A DNA stretch of 64,000 bases from Schmidtea polychroa. Lineage: Eukaryota. This document shows, one piece after another, positions 34,376 through 47,764 of this stretch (the stretch's first letter is position 1; each line of letters begins with the position of its first letter). The notes below the pieces were generated by a model that saw nothing but the letters and a program-made list of their open reading frames with translations, was not told the DNA's origin and made no database searches. The position numbers were made by a program, and so were the translations under genes. The DNA lies in contig CM097885.1 of assembly GCA_044892525.1 (NCBI GenBank), positions 219,418,001-219,482,000 on the forward strand, read 5' to 3'.

Positions 34376-36028
34376 TAGTTACTAATTTTAAATTAAAACA
34401 ATTTTTTTTTGGAAATAGTGTTAAACCGAATATCTTAATTACTTAAAATTGGATAAATCAAATAATAATAATAAAATTTTTCTACAAGTACTCATTTTCA
34501 TTCCTGATTTATTTTTATCTTCAATATTCTTGATCTACATTTCTTTTCGGACATTAAATTAATATTTTCTTTTATATCTAATACAAATTTTTGACAGTTT
34601 TTTCAAGTTAGCCAAATTTTTCTAATAAATACTATGTCAATTGAAAAGAAATCAGAGGTGAAAATTGAAAAATATAAATAAATACATTGATAAAATTATT
34701 GATATTAAAGATATTAAAATAAACAAATTTACAATAGTAAGCATAAAAATGAAAATAATAAACAATACTTTAACCCTACACTCAGCTCATTTTATTTGTT
34801 GAAGTAATATAGGTTTACGGCAAAAACGGTGCAGTCAATCTCAAACTAGTCCGTATATCTTTTTATAATCACTATATGCCATTTTTATAATCTATAAATT
34901 CTTAATTCACGATTCGATATAGATTTATCTGCGCATTTATTGTTCACGCCTTTTTGGTGGATACCAAATTGAAATATTTTTAAATTTATCAGGCAATATT
35001 AATCTAGTATTGGAAAACAGTATGAATTTTGATAATCTAATACTTACCATTAACTACAGTTATCTAGATTTTGGTTGTTGCCAAATATGGCATTGTAAAT
35101 ATTGCAGGGCTAATACGATCGCACACATTTATTCATTTCACTGTTAACGTAACAGGTTAAAATGAACAAACCCTTATTACCAAACGAGATGGCCTTCTTA
35201 GAAATTAAATTTTAGCCAAAGTATTATAGTTTTGTTCAACATTATCAAAGTGTTTCTATTTACTTAAACGTCCAATACAAGACACTACAGAAAAATATCA
35301 AATAAGGTTTTGAGGAACTTCTCGATTTTACGACTATCAATTATTTGTACAATAGATAAATTTGTGTTTATTGTCCACACTAGTGGAAAATAAAGATAAA
35401 ACTCAGATTAGGTTTCCGAGGCTTTTAGATTTATTTAAACTGCTCATCCAAATGTACCAAACAATTATGAAATGACAGACAAATACGATCGTTATAAGCA
35501 TTTACCTTAGCCGATATTGAATAATAGATATATAAAAATCACGTAGAATGCTGCTCCATTGAAAAGTAAGACGCACAGCATCATTCAATCATACAAGTAT
35601 TAAGCATATTTACACATTCGGAATGTAAAGATTTGTAAGATTTAATATATTATATTTACAAAATAGTGAAAAATTGTGAAATGTTACTATTTAGATGATT
35701 CTTTATAAATATTAAAAAAAATTCTGCTTATTTTTAAAAAATTAAATATATTAATTATCATGATTTAGACTTTATAAACCAGAATCTGTTGTCCTCTCGA
35801 ATCACGAAGCGAATGCACTAACATTTTACGAAAAGTTGCATTTAGAAAAATTCATAAATTCTTCATTAAAAAGGTAAATTCATGTTCTTAGTCCTAAATT
35901 TATACAACTTCAACCAAAAGTAAATGAATAGTTCATAAAAATTTCAAAAAAATAATCTTTTGAAAAAAATAGTTAAACATACATGGCAATGATTTAATTA
36001 TAAAATAACGCCAATCAAACATTTTTTT

Positions 36029-36067
36029 CACGATTAATTTCGACAGTTTTCCTGTCATCATCAGGTG
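36029..36067 (-). ncRNA. Minimal type I hammerhead ribozyme (consensus-intact)
   Basis: Minus strand CAC-CUGAUGA-U-GACAG-gaaaa-CUGUC-GAAA-UUAA-UC/GUG has the full core, a 5-bp helix II, a palindromic helix III (AUUAAU), an AUC cleavage triplet and a CAC/GUG helix I. Confidence 0.8.
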
Positions 36068-36682
36068 GGATATAATACTCATTAAATAAAGGATTTTAAA
36101 CAAATTTAATTATATATAAAAAAAATTTTTTTATTTTATAAAAAATATTATTTTTTAAAACTTTAACATTTAAAATTTAATTTAATAATTTAAAAAAATT
36201 TTTATTAATTATTTAATTTAACACAACAATCAATACATACAATACACAAAAGCTTATTTAAAAACACTCAACACACAAGTATTTACTGCATTCTGCACAT
36301 TAATTTTCGGATTCAATGATTTTATCAACAACGCCTCACAAATCACACGTTCCCAATAATTATCGAAGTTTTTTTAATAAAATTTTAAAATCAGACATAC
36401 CTATTTTAATCTTACAGCCCTTATTGTGCTCACCAATATGGGTCAAAGACTTCGGTCTACAATGTTCTCGAGCTCGAATACAGAGATGACGGGAAGTCTC
36501 TCCAATGTATGTGGCATTACACCCATTACATGTAAACTGATAAACGAGATCGGAACACAATTCAACCGGAGTCTTTGACTTATTAATAAACATATTGCGT
36601 ACTTCCCATGAAGTTGACACTATCCTATAGTTTAAATTCCCTTACTGCTTTCTTATCTTCACTTTATAATCCTTAAAACCTT

Positions 36683-37990
36683 GCACAATATGATAGACAA
36701 AGTATGGATGAAATTATGGTTTCGTTTGATGTTTGTAGTCTGTTTACTAATGTACCATTGGTTGAAACAATTGAATTATGTTGCTTGTTATGGAATGAAA
36801 ATATTTCTGAACATCATATTTTGGATAGAACAGCATTTCGTGAATTTCTTGTATTTGCAACTTCAAAAATCAATTTTCTTTTCAATAATTAATGGTATCA
36901 ACAAATAGATTGGGTTGCTATGGGTTCTCCTTTAGCACCAACGATGGCTTCAATTTTTTAACAAGCTTAGAAAAGAAAATTGCATCTTTCCAAGGTATGA
37001 AACCCACTGTTTATAAACGGTATGTGGATGATATATTTCTTATATTTGAAAATCAGAGGCATGTTGACCCGTTTTTGCATTATATGAATAGTCAACATAA
37101 AAACATTGTATTCACATGTGAAACGGAAAAAAAATCATTGCTTGCTTTCTTGGATTTGTTAATACAACGCAAAGAGAAACACTATGAGACAGAGATTTAT
37201 AGAAAATCAACTGATACTGGTCTCTATACTTCTTCCGAAAGTTTTTGTGAATTCAAGTATAAAAGAAATATGGTGAAGGGGTTGATTTATCGTGCATGGT
37301 CTTTGTCTTCTACTTTTAAAAATTCAGTAAAAAGTGTTGACATATTGGTTGAACTGTTAATGAAGAATGGTTATTCAAAATCCTTTTTAGTAATTATGGT
37401 GAAAGAGACTGTTGACAAATTTATTAAAAATCCTAAGGATCCATGTTTGAGAAAATCTGGGTGTGATTTTGTTGAGGTGTGTGAGTCTGACGAGTTAAAT
37501 AAATTAAATAGTGTGAGCAAGGATGATGAGCCTAAATTTGTGTTAGTATTGCCGTACTCAGAAGGTTTTAAGGATTATAAAGTGAAGATAAGAAAGCAGT
37601 TAGGGAATTTAAACTATAGGATAGTGTCAACTTCATGGAAAGTACGCAATATGTTTATTAATAAGTCAAAGACTCCGATTGAATTGTGTTCCGATCTCGT
37701 TTATCAGTTTACATGTAATGGCTGTAATGCCACATACATTGGAGAGACTTCCCGTCATCTCTGTATTCGAGCTCGAGAACATTGTAGACCGAAGTCTTTG
37801 ACCCATATTGGTGAGCACAATAAGGGCTGTAAGATTAAAATAGGTATGTCTGATTTTAAAATTTTATTAAAAAAACTTCGATAATTATTGGGAACGTGTG
37901 ATTTGTGAGGCGTTGTTGATAAAATCATTGAATCCGAAAATTAATGTGCAGAATGCAGTAAATACTTGTGTGTTGAGTGTTTTTAAATAA
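36683..37990 (+). pseudogene. PLE reverse transcriptase-GIY-YIG endonuclease, frameshifted
   Basis: SFDVCSLFTNVP, VAMGSPLAP, YKRYVDDIF, FLDL, IYRKSTDTG, DLVYQFTCNGCNATYIGETSRHL..R.REH. After a frameshift at the A7 run the frame continues FDNYWERVICEALLIKSLNPKIN..* to 37990. Confidence 0.92.
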
Positions 37991-38176
37991 GCTTTTGTGT
38001 ATTGTATGTATTGATTGTTGTGTTAAATTAAATAATTAATAAAAAATTTTTTAAATTATTAAATTAAATTTTAAATGTTAAAGTTTTAAAAAATAATATT
38101 TTTTATAAAATAAAAAAATTTTTTTTATATATAATTAAATTTGTTTAAAATCCTTTATTTAATGAGTATTATATCC

Positions 38177-38215
38177 CATCTGATGATGACAGGAAAACTG
38201 TCGAAATTAATTTTG
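38177..38215 (+). ncRNA. Second minimal hammerhead copy with disrupted helix I
   Basis: CAU-CUGAUGA-U-GACAG-gaaaa-CUGUC-GAAA-UUAA-UU/UUG: the core is intact, but three substitutions break helix I and change the cleavage triplet to AUU. Confidence 0.6.
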
Positions 38216-38350
38216 AAAAAAAGCTTGTTAGGATTTTGTAAAATATTTCTTTCGAAACACAATGACATTTTTTCAATAATTATATCAAATTTGCTTTTGT
38301 TAGACATTAAAGATAAATGCATAGAATATAATCAAATAAGCTTCAATATA

Positions 38351-39416
38351 CACCTAATTCTGTTTTTACGCGATAGATACGTTCCCCGAAAATACGCGTA
38401 AAAAAATCGCGTAAAAAAGATATGGTGTCCATATAAAAGTAGAGTATTGGTTCTTCATTTCCAAAATCATCTAAAATGATGTGATTACGTATTTTATACA
38501 CTTTTTATTTATTTAAATATATATTTATGAATAAAATAACGACAAACGAAAAAAAATACTAATTTAACAAAAAAAATTCATTATTTAACAAAAAAATCAC
38601 AAAAAATTCATTTTAGTAAAACAAAAAGTGGCAAAATATATCATTAAACATATTTTTTAATTGCTGTCACTTCCTGATGATATACGTATTCGTTTACGTG
38701 AGACTTGAACGCCACAATCACTGTCATCACTAGAAATATTTTCCACTTCATTTTCATGTTGAAGTAATGTTGATGTTTTAGCGGTTCTAGTCAAAAATTC
38801 AGTAATCAATTGTTGTGGTCTGGGTTTGATAATGCTGTTATGTAATTCGCGATAATTTCCCATTAATAATTTCACGTCACGTTGAAATTTCCGAGCTCTT
38901 TCCTCAATAGGATCATGCTTGCCAAAATGATCGCTTAATTTAGCTGCTAGTTGAAGTCCTTCTTTAATTAGATCTGCGGTGAGTGTAGGAACCTCTACGT
39001 CGTCATCTTCGCTAATTTCTTGCACATCGGGTGTCTCAAGCGCAAAAGCAATGATTTCATCACTGCTAAGTACCGTATCCACTAATAGTTCTTCTATATC
39101 TGCAGACGATAGATCATCAAAACCTTCTCCGCCTACTTCGTGAGCTAAGGCTATGATATTGCTAAACTCGACTGCATTAGAAGGTATCGGATCTTTATTT
39201 TTGACGCATTCCGGCCAAAGGGACTTCCAACATGCGTTTAAAGTTGATGGTTTTAGTTCGGATAGCGCCAATCCAGCATGTTTGATGCAGTCATTAATTT
39301 TTTTTAATCGCGTTAAATCAAATCAAATCGCGTAAAAAACAGAACGAAATAATTTTTTTGAATCGCGTTAAATCAAATTCGCGTAAAAAAAGTTCGCGTA
39401 AAAACAGAATTAGGTG
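38351..39416 (-). mobile_element. Internally deleted Tigger/pogo element, 1066 bp
   Basis: Perfect 23-bp TIR CACCTAATTCTGTTTTTACGCGA and TA TSD. ORF 38657-39271 encodes only the C-terminus (LNACWKSLWPECV..GGEGFDDL..DPIEERARKF). Confidence 0.92.
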
Positions 39417-39547
39417 TAATAATCAAAATGTTCTGTTCAAACAGAACTTTATAATAAGCAAGCAATTTTGAGAAATAAAGTTTTATATCATGTACTATAC
39501 ATACAAATCATATAGGGCTTTTCTGGCTTCTGGTTTTGTCTTATGCT

Positions 39548-40108
39548 TAAGGTGACCAGATTTTTTGATTTTTAACATAAATACAATTTATAAATATAAA
39601 AAATTGTATAATATTTTATTCCTTGACATATTATTAGTTTGATTAACTTAAAATATTTGGAAAATTTTATTTTTATATTTCTTTCTAAAATTTCTTTTAA
39701 GATTGGGTCAGTGATATATTTTTTGTTATCAATAAAGAAAATTGAAGACTATGAGTATTTTAAGCTAAGTTTAAGAAAATTTATGTATTTATGAAATATA
39801 TAAATAAATTATTTACCTTTATTTTCTATGGTAAGTAGCAGATTTGTAATATTTATTTGTTTAATTAGCTTCCTAGCACGCAGTACGAACACGAAGTGTA
39901 TCATCTGAGAAACAAATACAATGTAACTGGGTAAGAAAAACAATATGTTAGTCTTAGTAGTCCGTAGGATTCTTAGAATGCAAAACAATGATTTTCATAA
40001 AAATAAAATTTAACTTAATTCTGAAATTCGGGACTTTTGAAAAACGTTGCGGGACGATAAATCGTGCAAAATCGGGACTGTCCCGCCAAAAGTGGGACGT
40101 CTTACTTA
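39548..40108. mobile_element. Degenerate TAGGGTGACC-type hAT MITE
   Basis: Left end TAAGGTGACCAG and a right-end cluster of CGGGAC/GTCCCG motifs; the right TIR is eroded and no clear TSD is visible. Confidence 0.5.
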
Positions 40109-40781
40109 TGCTCTTTCAACAGCCGCGGAAAATCTTTCGGCTTTTGTACTTTTGAGTGAACTTTTCTTCTCAACTAGTAATCTACTGGTATGTTTTCGAC
40201 ATGTTCCCTTTCAATGTCTCATTTATATCTCTTTGCAAAAACTTTCGACTAAGAATTTTGTTGTTAGAAAAATTCCTGAAATTTCTATAATTTTCATTAT
40301 TCGTACTTGTTTTTTATCTGACCACCAAAAAACTTCACATTTTTTGCTTTCTTTTTTTGTATTAACTGTTGGTAACACCGCGTAAAAACGTCAAAATGCG
40401 TTTAATACGTCATATTACAGAAACCATCTTTATTGTTTGGTTGTTTTTTAAATTAAATTTAATAGTTAAAAAAATAATTAACTTCAGTTATCAGCAATGT
40501 ACTCGACAAATCTAATAGCGTTCGTTTTCTACAACAGCGTGGTATTTTACACAATCCACGCACATGTACCACGATTTATATAGTAAAGATTTTGGTGGTC
40601 GAATAAAAATCAAGTACCAAATTATTTTCTCACACGTTTTTATATTTAAATTCTTCTTTTCTCCCATTATGAATGAATTATCAATATATAAAAATATAAC
40701 CAACATTTTTTCCATTTCGATTTACTTTTAACATGTTTTTACAATAATTATATTATTAATTATATATCTTTAGTTTATTTA

Positions 40782-41985
40782 CAGGGTTATGCAAATCTAT
40801 ATCCTTATTTATGCAAATCTATATCCCCATTTATGCAAATCTATATGCCCATTTAATAAAAATATATAAATATGAGGGTTGAGAGATAAAAAATTAAAAA
40901 CGCCATAAATATATTTCAAAGGACCATTTATTAGATAAATTGTTCCCTTCGTCTTGCCTTTTCAACCCATACCCTCATATAAGAGTAAAAACCACGACAT
41001 TCTACTCCATAAGATATATCAGTTCCCAGTAACTCATCTAAAGCATCTTCTATCCTTATGTTTGCGTTGGCAGCTTTCAATACATGATATCGTGATTTTA
41101 ACATCGAAAAAAACTCTTCAATTGGCTTGAGCTCTGGTGAGTAAGGTATTAGAAATTTCACGGGTTTTCGATTTTCGGACAATAAAATCTGAACATCTCT
41201 TGAATGATGAAACTTTGCATTGTCCATTACCAGAAATTTGCCTGGGTTTTGTCGAAAGTAGGGAATTATAGGGAATTGATAGGCAACTATACCATTTATA
41301 CCAATCACACACATTAAACTTCTATTCACATTTCTGTTAGCAGGAACTTGGATAAAAGCTTTTGTGTTTATAGGAGAATACTCATATGCCCTACTTGTGT
41401 GCAGATTGAAGCCCGTTTCGTCAAGAAATACCAGGTTTTCATCACCTATCATTAAAATTTCAGATGCATATATTGCTCTCTTATCTAAGCGATTTTCAGT
41501 GTTCCTCTCAATCGGAATACGGGCCAATCTTTTTCTGGTTAGCTTAAGCTTTTTCAACTTTCTAGAAATCTTTGATTGCGTCGTATTTATTCCGAATTCG
41601 TTGCTCAAGAGGGCTTTTACCTCATCCTGTATAAGTGAGTTGTTGCAGCTTATAATGTTGAGTATTCCCCTCTCTTCCGGATTTAGAGTCGATGACCTTT
41701 GACGACAGGTCCTCCTACACTTCTCAGCGGCCGGTACAAACTTGACTTTATTCTTTTCGTCTCTTAGGATCTTTCTAACAGTCTTTCTATCCAGTTGAAA
41801 GGTTTCTGAAAGATCCTTAATGGTAGAATTTGGTTTTTTGGAAGAATTTATTACACGATCTCTAAGTTCTTTGTTGAGAGTTGTCCTTGCTTTGCGACCC
41901 ATATTTTGGGGTTATTTTTTCAAAACTTTTAATTAAAAAGGTATATTGATTTGCATAAATGGGGATATAGATTTGCATAACCCTG
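40782..41985 (-). mobile_element. Tc1/IS630-like transposon, 1204 bp
   Basis: 38-bp TIR CAGGGTTATGCAAATCTATATCC.. (2 mismatches), TA TSD, internal TTATGCAAATCTATAT direct repeats (3 left, 2 right). Confidence 0.95.
40931..41902 (-). CDS. DD34E transposase, 323 aa, open frame with a probable small in-frame deletion
   Basis: VFLDETGFNLH, LVMDNAKFH, PYSPELKPIEE (34 residues between D and E). The segment between GIVAYQ and FPIIPYF looks shorter than in the 24.5-kb paralog. Confidence 0.9.
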   Translation of the reverse strand: MGRKARTTLNKELRDRVINSSKKPNSTIKDLSETFQLDRKTVRKILRDEKNKVKFVPAAEKCRRTCRQRSSTLNPEERGILNIISCNNSLIQDEVKALLSNEFGINTTQSKISRKLKKLKLTRKRLARIPIERNTENRLDKRAIYASEILMIGDENLVFLDETGFNLHTSRAYEYSPINTKAFIQVPANRNVNRSLMCVIGINGIVAYQFPIIPYFRQNPGKFLVMDNAKFHHSRDVQILLSENRKPVKFLIPYSPELKPIEEFFSMLKSRYHVLKAANANIRIEDALDELLGTDISYGVECRGFYSYMRVWVEKARRREQFI

Positions 41986-44900
41986 TAATTAATGACAATA
42001 TCCATAAAAGATAATTTTTCAATAAGAAAGGTTTATTTTTTTAAATGAAAAACCTTATAAATTACGCAGAATAAAAGAATAAAAATCAAATGAAAATTTA
42101 TTTTCATTATTTCTTCATGAAATTTAAAAAATATGTTGTTTTCTAAGGCATTCTTCAGTTAAGTAATATTTCAATCTCTCTTTGATGGTCTTATCTGGTT
42201 ATTCGAAATAACCAATTCTAACAACTTGTAAACAGCTTTATAATTGTTAGATTGTTATATTTGAGGGACATTTACAGAAATTACGTAAAACATTACAAAA
42301 AGAATTTTTGATATAATTAGATTATTTAGATAAGAAATGATAAAAAACAAACAACCTCAATATCAACGAAAATAAAACTAACGAAACATTTAAAATTTTT
42401 TAAAAAAAAATTTAAATCTTATTTTTGGTTAGATATGTAGCGACTGTTTCCAGTATTTCATTCGGAGTTCTTCAGTATAATTCCAATCCAAAAGAATTGC
42501 ATTTTATTATTATCAAAAGTATGTCTTCCACAAGAAGAATTACAAACAAAAAAGATACGAGTTCTTCAAAGTTGTCGAAATGTTCGAATAAAAATGAAAA
42601 GTTACAATCGATTTTTGTTACTGTTTATCAAAATTTTCATTTGATTTACACGTCACACAAAATGTGAGTAACTTATCTAAATTGTTATATTTAAAAAAAA
42701 AGTTTTCGTAATATGGATTTTTTGCGCTTTAGAAAAATGAATATAAATTTTTAGATCGCAAAAGTTTTAATGTTAATAGTCAAACTCTTTTCAAAATTGT
42801 TACTAAAAAATATAAGAATATTTGGAAAAGGGCAAAATTCTAGGATAATTTATTCATTGAAAACTGAAGTGTAAAAGGTGTAGAAAAAAGTTATAAAACT
42901 TATTCCGCTCTTTGAAATAAATCAAACTGTTTCAAGAATTTACTGACTCTAATATGCCATTCATACATTAAAACAAAAATTTAAATAAAATTTTTAAATA
43001 AGAAAAAATGTCCCATTTATTCTCACTCTGAGTCAAAGAATTTGCCCATAGAAATTATCTTCCATTCAATACTGTACTTGTATACTATTTTAATTATTTA
43101 TTTTATTCAATTTATTTTTCTTTATCCTTCAACTATTTCTCCATGTCATGTTTCTCAGTGATTAACAACAATGCTACTTTCATGTTCTATTTCTTTTTCC
43201 CAATTATTTTTTAATAATTTAATAACAATTCCGCTTTTAATATTTTAGACATCCTCAAAATTACTAAGATTAATTTAATTACAAAATTACCTTCATGAAT
43301 ATCTGGACGAATTAAAACAAATTATTTTTAGATTGTTAAGTCAAGAAAAAGAGACGAACCAAATTATTTTTGTAATTGATCCAATTTTACCGATCACTGG
43401 GGATGTATTAATAATGGCGAATGTTCTAAACAGATCAGATTTGCAATATATATATTTTCGGTAATTTTCTAAAATACATTTTATATCTTTATTTGCAAAA
43501 TTCATTATCATAAAAGTTTTATCCTTATGATTATCCTTATTATTCAATTTTTATTTTTACATTTAATGAATATTTAAATTAATTTTTTTTTATAAAAATA
43601 CAAATTGAATAAACAATATAATAATAAAGGAATTTTGTGGTTTGAGTAAATTCAGATTTGAGTGAAAACTCTGCGATAAACTCCACTGAAATATAAAAGA
43701 TTAAAAATAATTAACTGAAAACAACAGACAAAATCAGTTCGATAGAACCTTCGAGTCAGTGTAAGTTTTCAAGTGTCTGCTATCATTTTTATGCCAATTC
43801 ATATTCATACTCATCATGCCAACATGAATTCAACACATATTTTTTTATAAATCAGATTATCCACATTCATCATTCCCACTCGGTCATTGCAACGCTAAAC
43901 AAAATTCAGTTATTCCCAGTTATGCTTAGAATCGCGCTGCTTCATATTTCTTCTTTCACTTGTTTTAGGCGAAAAATGACTGTATAAACATCGTGCATTG
44001 CTCGAGCCAGTGCTTGACTTGTTGGATAACAGGTTAGCTCCCGCTTCACTACTATTGCCGGGACCTCTACGTCATCATTCATCGTTGTACACGGTTCGAA
44101 TCCTTTACGGAAACTTGAGGGGAGGTCACACTGAATTTTATAGTTTTATACGGAAAAATGACCAAACTCGTCTTTCTAATCGAACCATAATTCCTGAAAC
44201 ACTGAATTAACAAACAACATATTAATGCATTCAACAGTCAGCCTAATCAACATTCATTCCTCCTAACCTGTCTTTGTCATCATGCTTTATCTCTGTAATC
44301 GGTTTTTATATATGTTGTAATAATCTCGTTTAGGTATTTTACCGTTATTATCCCCCTTTTGCATTTTATCGTAATAAAATGTATCCTGGCTATACCGTGT
44401 AACAAATAAATACAAACTGATAATTTAAGATTCACGAATCTAATGTGGCTTTTCTCAAAAATTTACTTTCAGTGTGGCTGGGTAAACTTGTGTTATGAAC
44501 TTTCTGTCTCCGGGTGGCGAGTAATTTACTGTACCCTCATATCAGGGATTCTCCCTGCATACTTGTGTAGTAATCTCGCGATGAAATTTATTTTCTGTCA
44601 TGTTTCTCAATTCTGTAATCTCTCTGGACAATATCTCTACAAACCTTCCACAATTATTGTCACCTTCAAATCAATTCAATAACAATACACTTAGTGGATT
44701 TGCCGACAGTTATTACTCACGATAATTTATTTTTGTTTTAAAATTTAATTGCATTCCTTTACTCTCGCTAGTATGTTTTTGGTGTCTTATTGTTCTAACT
44801 TGGAGTAATCTTGTGTCTCGCTACAAGTTTCAAAGATAAGAAATTTTACAACACAAAAAAGCTTACGATGACGATTACTTTGGACGTTCCATGCTTAATT

Positions 44901-47388
44901 TGCTCATATTACCAAAAATTTGGCGCGATTCCTAAATCTTGCTTTATAAGTTTATCCTGCTTGTTTCATCCCGTAGTTATCAACTTACTGTCTGAGAATG
45001 TGATGGTGTAACGCGAGACTTTTTTGAGTCTTTAATGAGTTCCACCCTCCACATTACCTTCGTTCACCTCAGTACAGGAGTCGACCTCCAAATGCGGTGC
45101 TATGTGGAGTCTGACTAAACATCGACTTTTTCCACACAGGTCCTATGTCGAGTCTTTTTGAATGATTATTTATATTGTTTGATTGTCATAGAATAACATT
45201 TTAATTCCAAAAAATACCTTTTATTAAAAAAAACCCAATTTAGTTCAAGAAAATCATATCACAAAAAATCATTAAAACAATTGTATACCTGGTGGGTAAC
45301 TTTTTTTTACGGATCGCAAAGGGTTAAAAAATTTAATAAAGGGTTAATAAAAGGCTTAATAAGGGATTTAAAGTGAATGAAAATGATTTCCAAAGATGAT
45401 TAAAATAAAAATAAAGAAAACATGAAAGTTTTAACATAATTAAAATTTTAATTAAACTACTTACGATATTATACCAGATTACAAATAAATTAACACTATT
45501 GTTGGGCTAGAACTGATTTCTAAACCCTAAGTTAGGAAGGCGACGAAATGTGTCAGCACACAACACGCATACCCAGCATTAAGTTTACTTAAATAAAAAT
45601 ATATAAAAACACCAAGTAAACAATGATAAGAAATAGATAATATACCCAAAAATAAAACATTTGGAAAAAACACGAGCAAGAAGTATCACACGAAAACAAA
45701 TATAACCGAAAGACATAAAAGAACAAAAACAAATTTGAATAAAGGTGATTAGTAAAAATTAAAGAGAAAATTAAAGAAAATCTTCATAAAATCTTACGCA
45801 AAGAAAATTATATCAAAATTTTGAATAAAAATCCAAAACAATCCATAAAAATGGCGAAATCCATCATGGCCCCCAAACAACCCAATAAAATTTATAAAAA
45901 ATAAATATTTCAGTTTCAAATATAAAAATTTTAGAAAAGAATTCACAAAAAACAATTTAAAAATAAGAAATAGATTAAATTTAGCATGGAATGTTTTGTA
46001 AATGCCCAAATCCACCATGGAGGCAAATTTAAAATCGAATGTTCTAGAATTAAATTAATTCGAATTTGTTATACTGCATCAATGCACGCATGCATACTTT
46101 CACACCAAAAATAGGGTATATAAACTAACACATTTCGTCACTTTTCAATGCTTACTCTTATGACAAAATTTTGATTTTTCTAAGATTGGAAGTAGGGACG
46201 ATTTTGTTGTGAATTATAAATTAATATTGTTTAAACCTCGTCTTCATTTTTTCATTTAGCTACAGAGGTGTAGGTTTAAGTGAGATCGTCGGTTATCATT
46301 GATTTTGAAGCGAGATTCCAACCAAACCTGCATCTTTTCGTTGTTGGGTCCACAACCCTAAACAATTATGGGTCTATGACCCAACATGCACCTGAAATGA
46401 AGTTTTTTTTATACCAGAGGGTGCCACAAACAAAATGGTGAAATCCATAGAGTAGTGGGGGATATTTCCTTCTTGGTAGTTGGCATAGTCGTTACGACTT
46501 GCGGACAAGCAAAATGATGAAAATTAAAGAGGTCAACTGACAGTCATATAACAATAGGGCCTATCGTACCGAACTCAGTGTGGTCGGGAAAGTAGGCAAA
46601 TTTTAATTAATTGACTTTTTCTAGTAAATTACATACATAATATGACATTAAAACTACTTCATGATACACAACACTAGCTATTCCTAAACAGGCAATGCCA
46701 CAGACTCAAAATCACTACAATCACTACAAAATCACTACTTTACTCTGATTTTAACCAGTTAATTGACAAATAAAATAATTTTTATATTTACTTTATTGCA
46801 TAATTGTTAAAGTAGTAAAAACCAAACTGTGGGAAATAACAAATATTTTTTTGTAAAAATTTTCCTCAATTCTAAAATCACGCCGACTAGAGCAATTTCA
46901 GTTATTTTTAAAATTAGCATTTATCCGAGTTAATAAAATTTGATAATATTAGTTCTCAGCATATGAATTCTCACAAAAACTTACTACTTTTATCGTCCTT
47001 AAAGGATGATTGTGTCAATTATGAAGCATCAATACTCTATTATTCCAACTCTATTAATCATTAACAAGGTTCCAACAATCAATGTTAATAGAAAATAAAA
47101 AATCGCATCAAAATTCCAAATGTATTTAGTTTTTCTAACATCATTTTTAATTATGAATAAGGACAAACTGAGAGTAATATAAAATGTAATTCAAATGAAA
47201 AACTTAATACAGGCTCAATAGATTGAATAAAACCATCTACCAACGACTAGTAAAATTAGAAAAATGTAACTAAATGGATATCAAAATCCTTATTTCATCT
47301 CTTCATCATCAGATCAAAGTATCTATTATCTATGTAATTGCTAATTGAGAAATAATAATCCAGAAATTCATCCCATGTAACCTAAATT

Positions 47389-47764
47389 GGTACTTCCGTG
47401 TTATCTTACCCCCCAAAAATTAAATTATAAAATACAATTAAAATAACAATATAAAAAATGAGAGAATACATTATTGATGACGTTATTGAACATTATTGAA
47501 CATGAATTTATTAAGGCTATCTGTGATTTATGTGATTATGTGATTATGTGAGTTTATGTGGCGCAAACGTGTTCTTAGCAACAGTGCCGATGTGTTCGAC
47601 ACTATTCTCAACGACATTGTGGTTTTCTGGCCACCTGGATGACCATTTACAAACTCTTTACAAACATTTCCTCAGTTTGTAACTGTGATTTAGAAAATAA
47701 ATATAATAATTATATGTGTTCTTTTTTAATTTAATTTTTGGGGGTAAGATAACACGGAAGTACC
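47389..47764 (+). mobile_element. Merlin (IS1016-like) deletion derivative, 376 bp
   Basis: ~40-bp TIR GGTACTTCCGTGTTATCTTACCCCC.., perfect 8-bp TSD CCTAAATT, and an internal remnant LCEFMWRKRV....DVFDTILNDIVVFWP* matching Merlin/IS1595-family C-termini. Confidence 0.85.

Larger units (their letters stand above)
36022..38222 (+). mobile_element. Penelope-like element, 5'-truncated, with an inverted copy of its 3' region (arms 36022-36682 and 37562-38222)
   Basis: ~660-bp near-perfect inverted repeat covering GIY-YIG, 3' UTR and hammerhead motif; the RT lies between the arms. Confidence 0.92.

Noticed and set aside
45300-45330. GCAAAGGG-TTAA as a piggyBac right end, and a Cys-containing ORF at 40512-40715 as a piggyBac tail
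   Set aside because: No matching left end or catalytic domain; the signal is too short to support.
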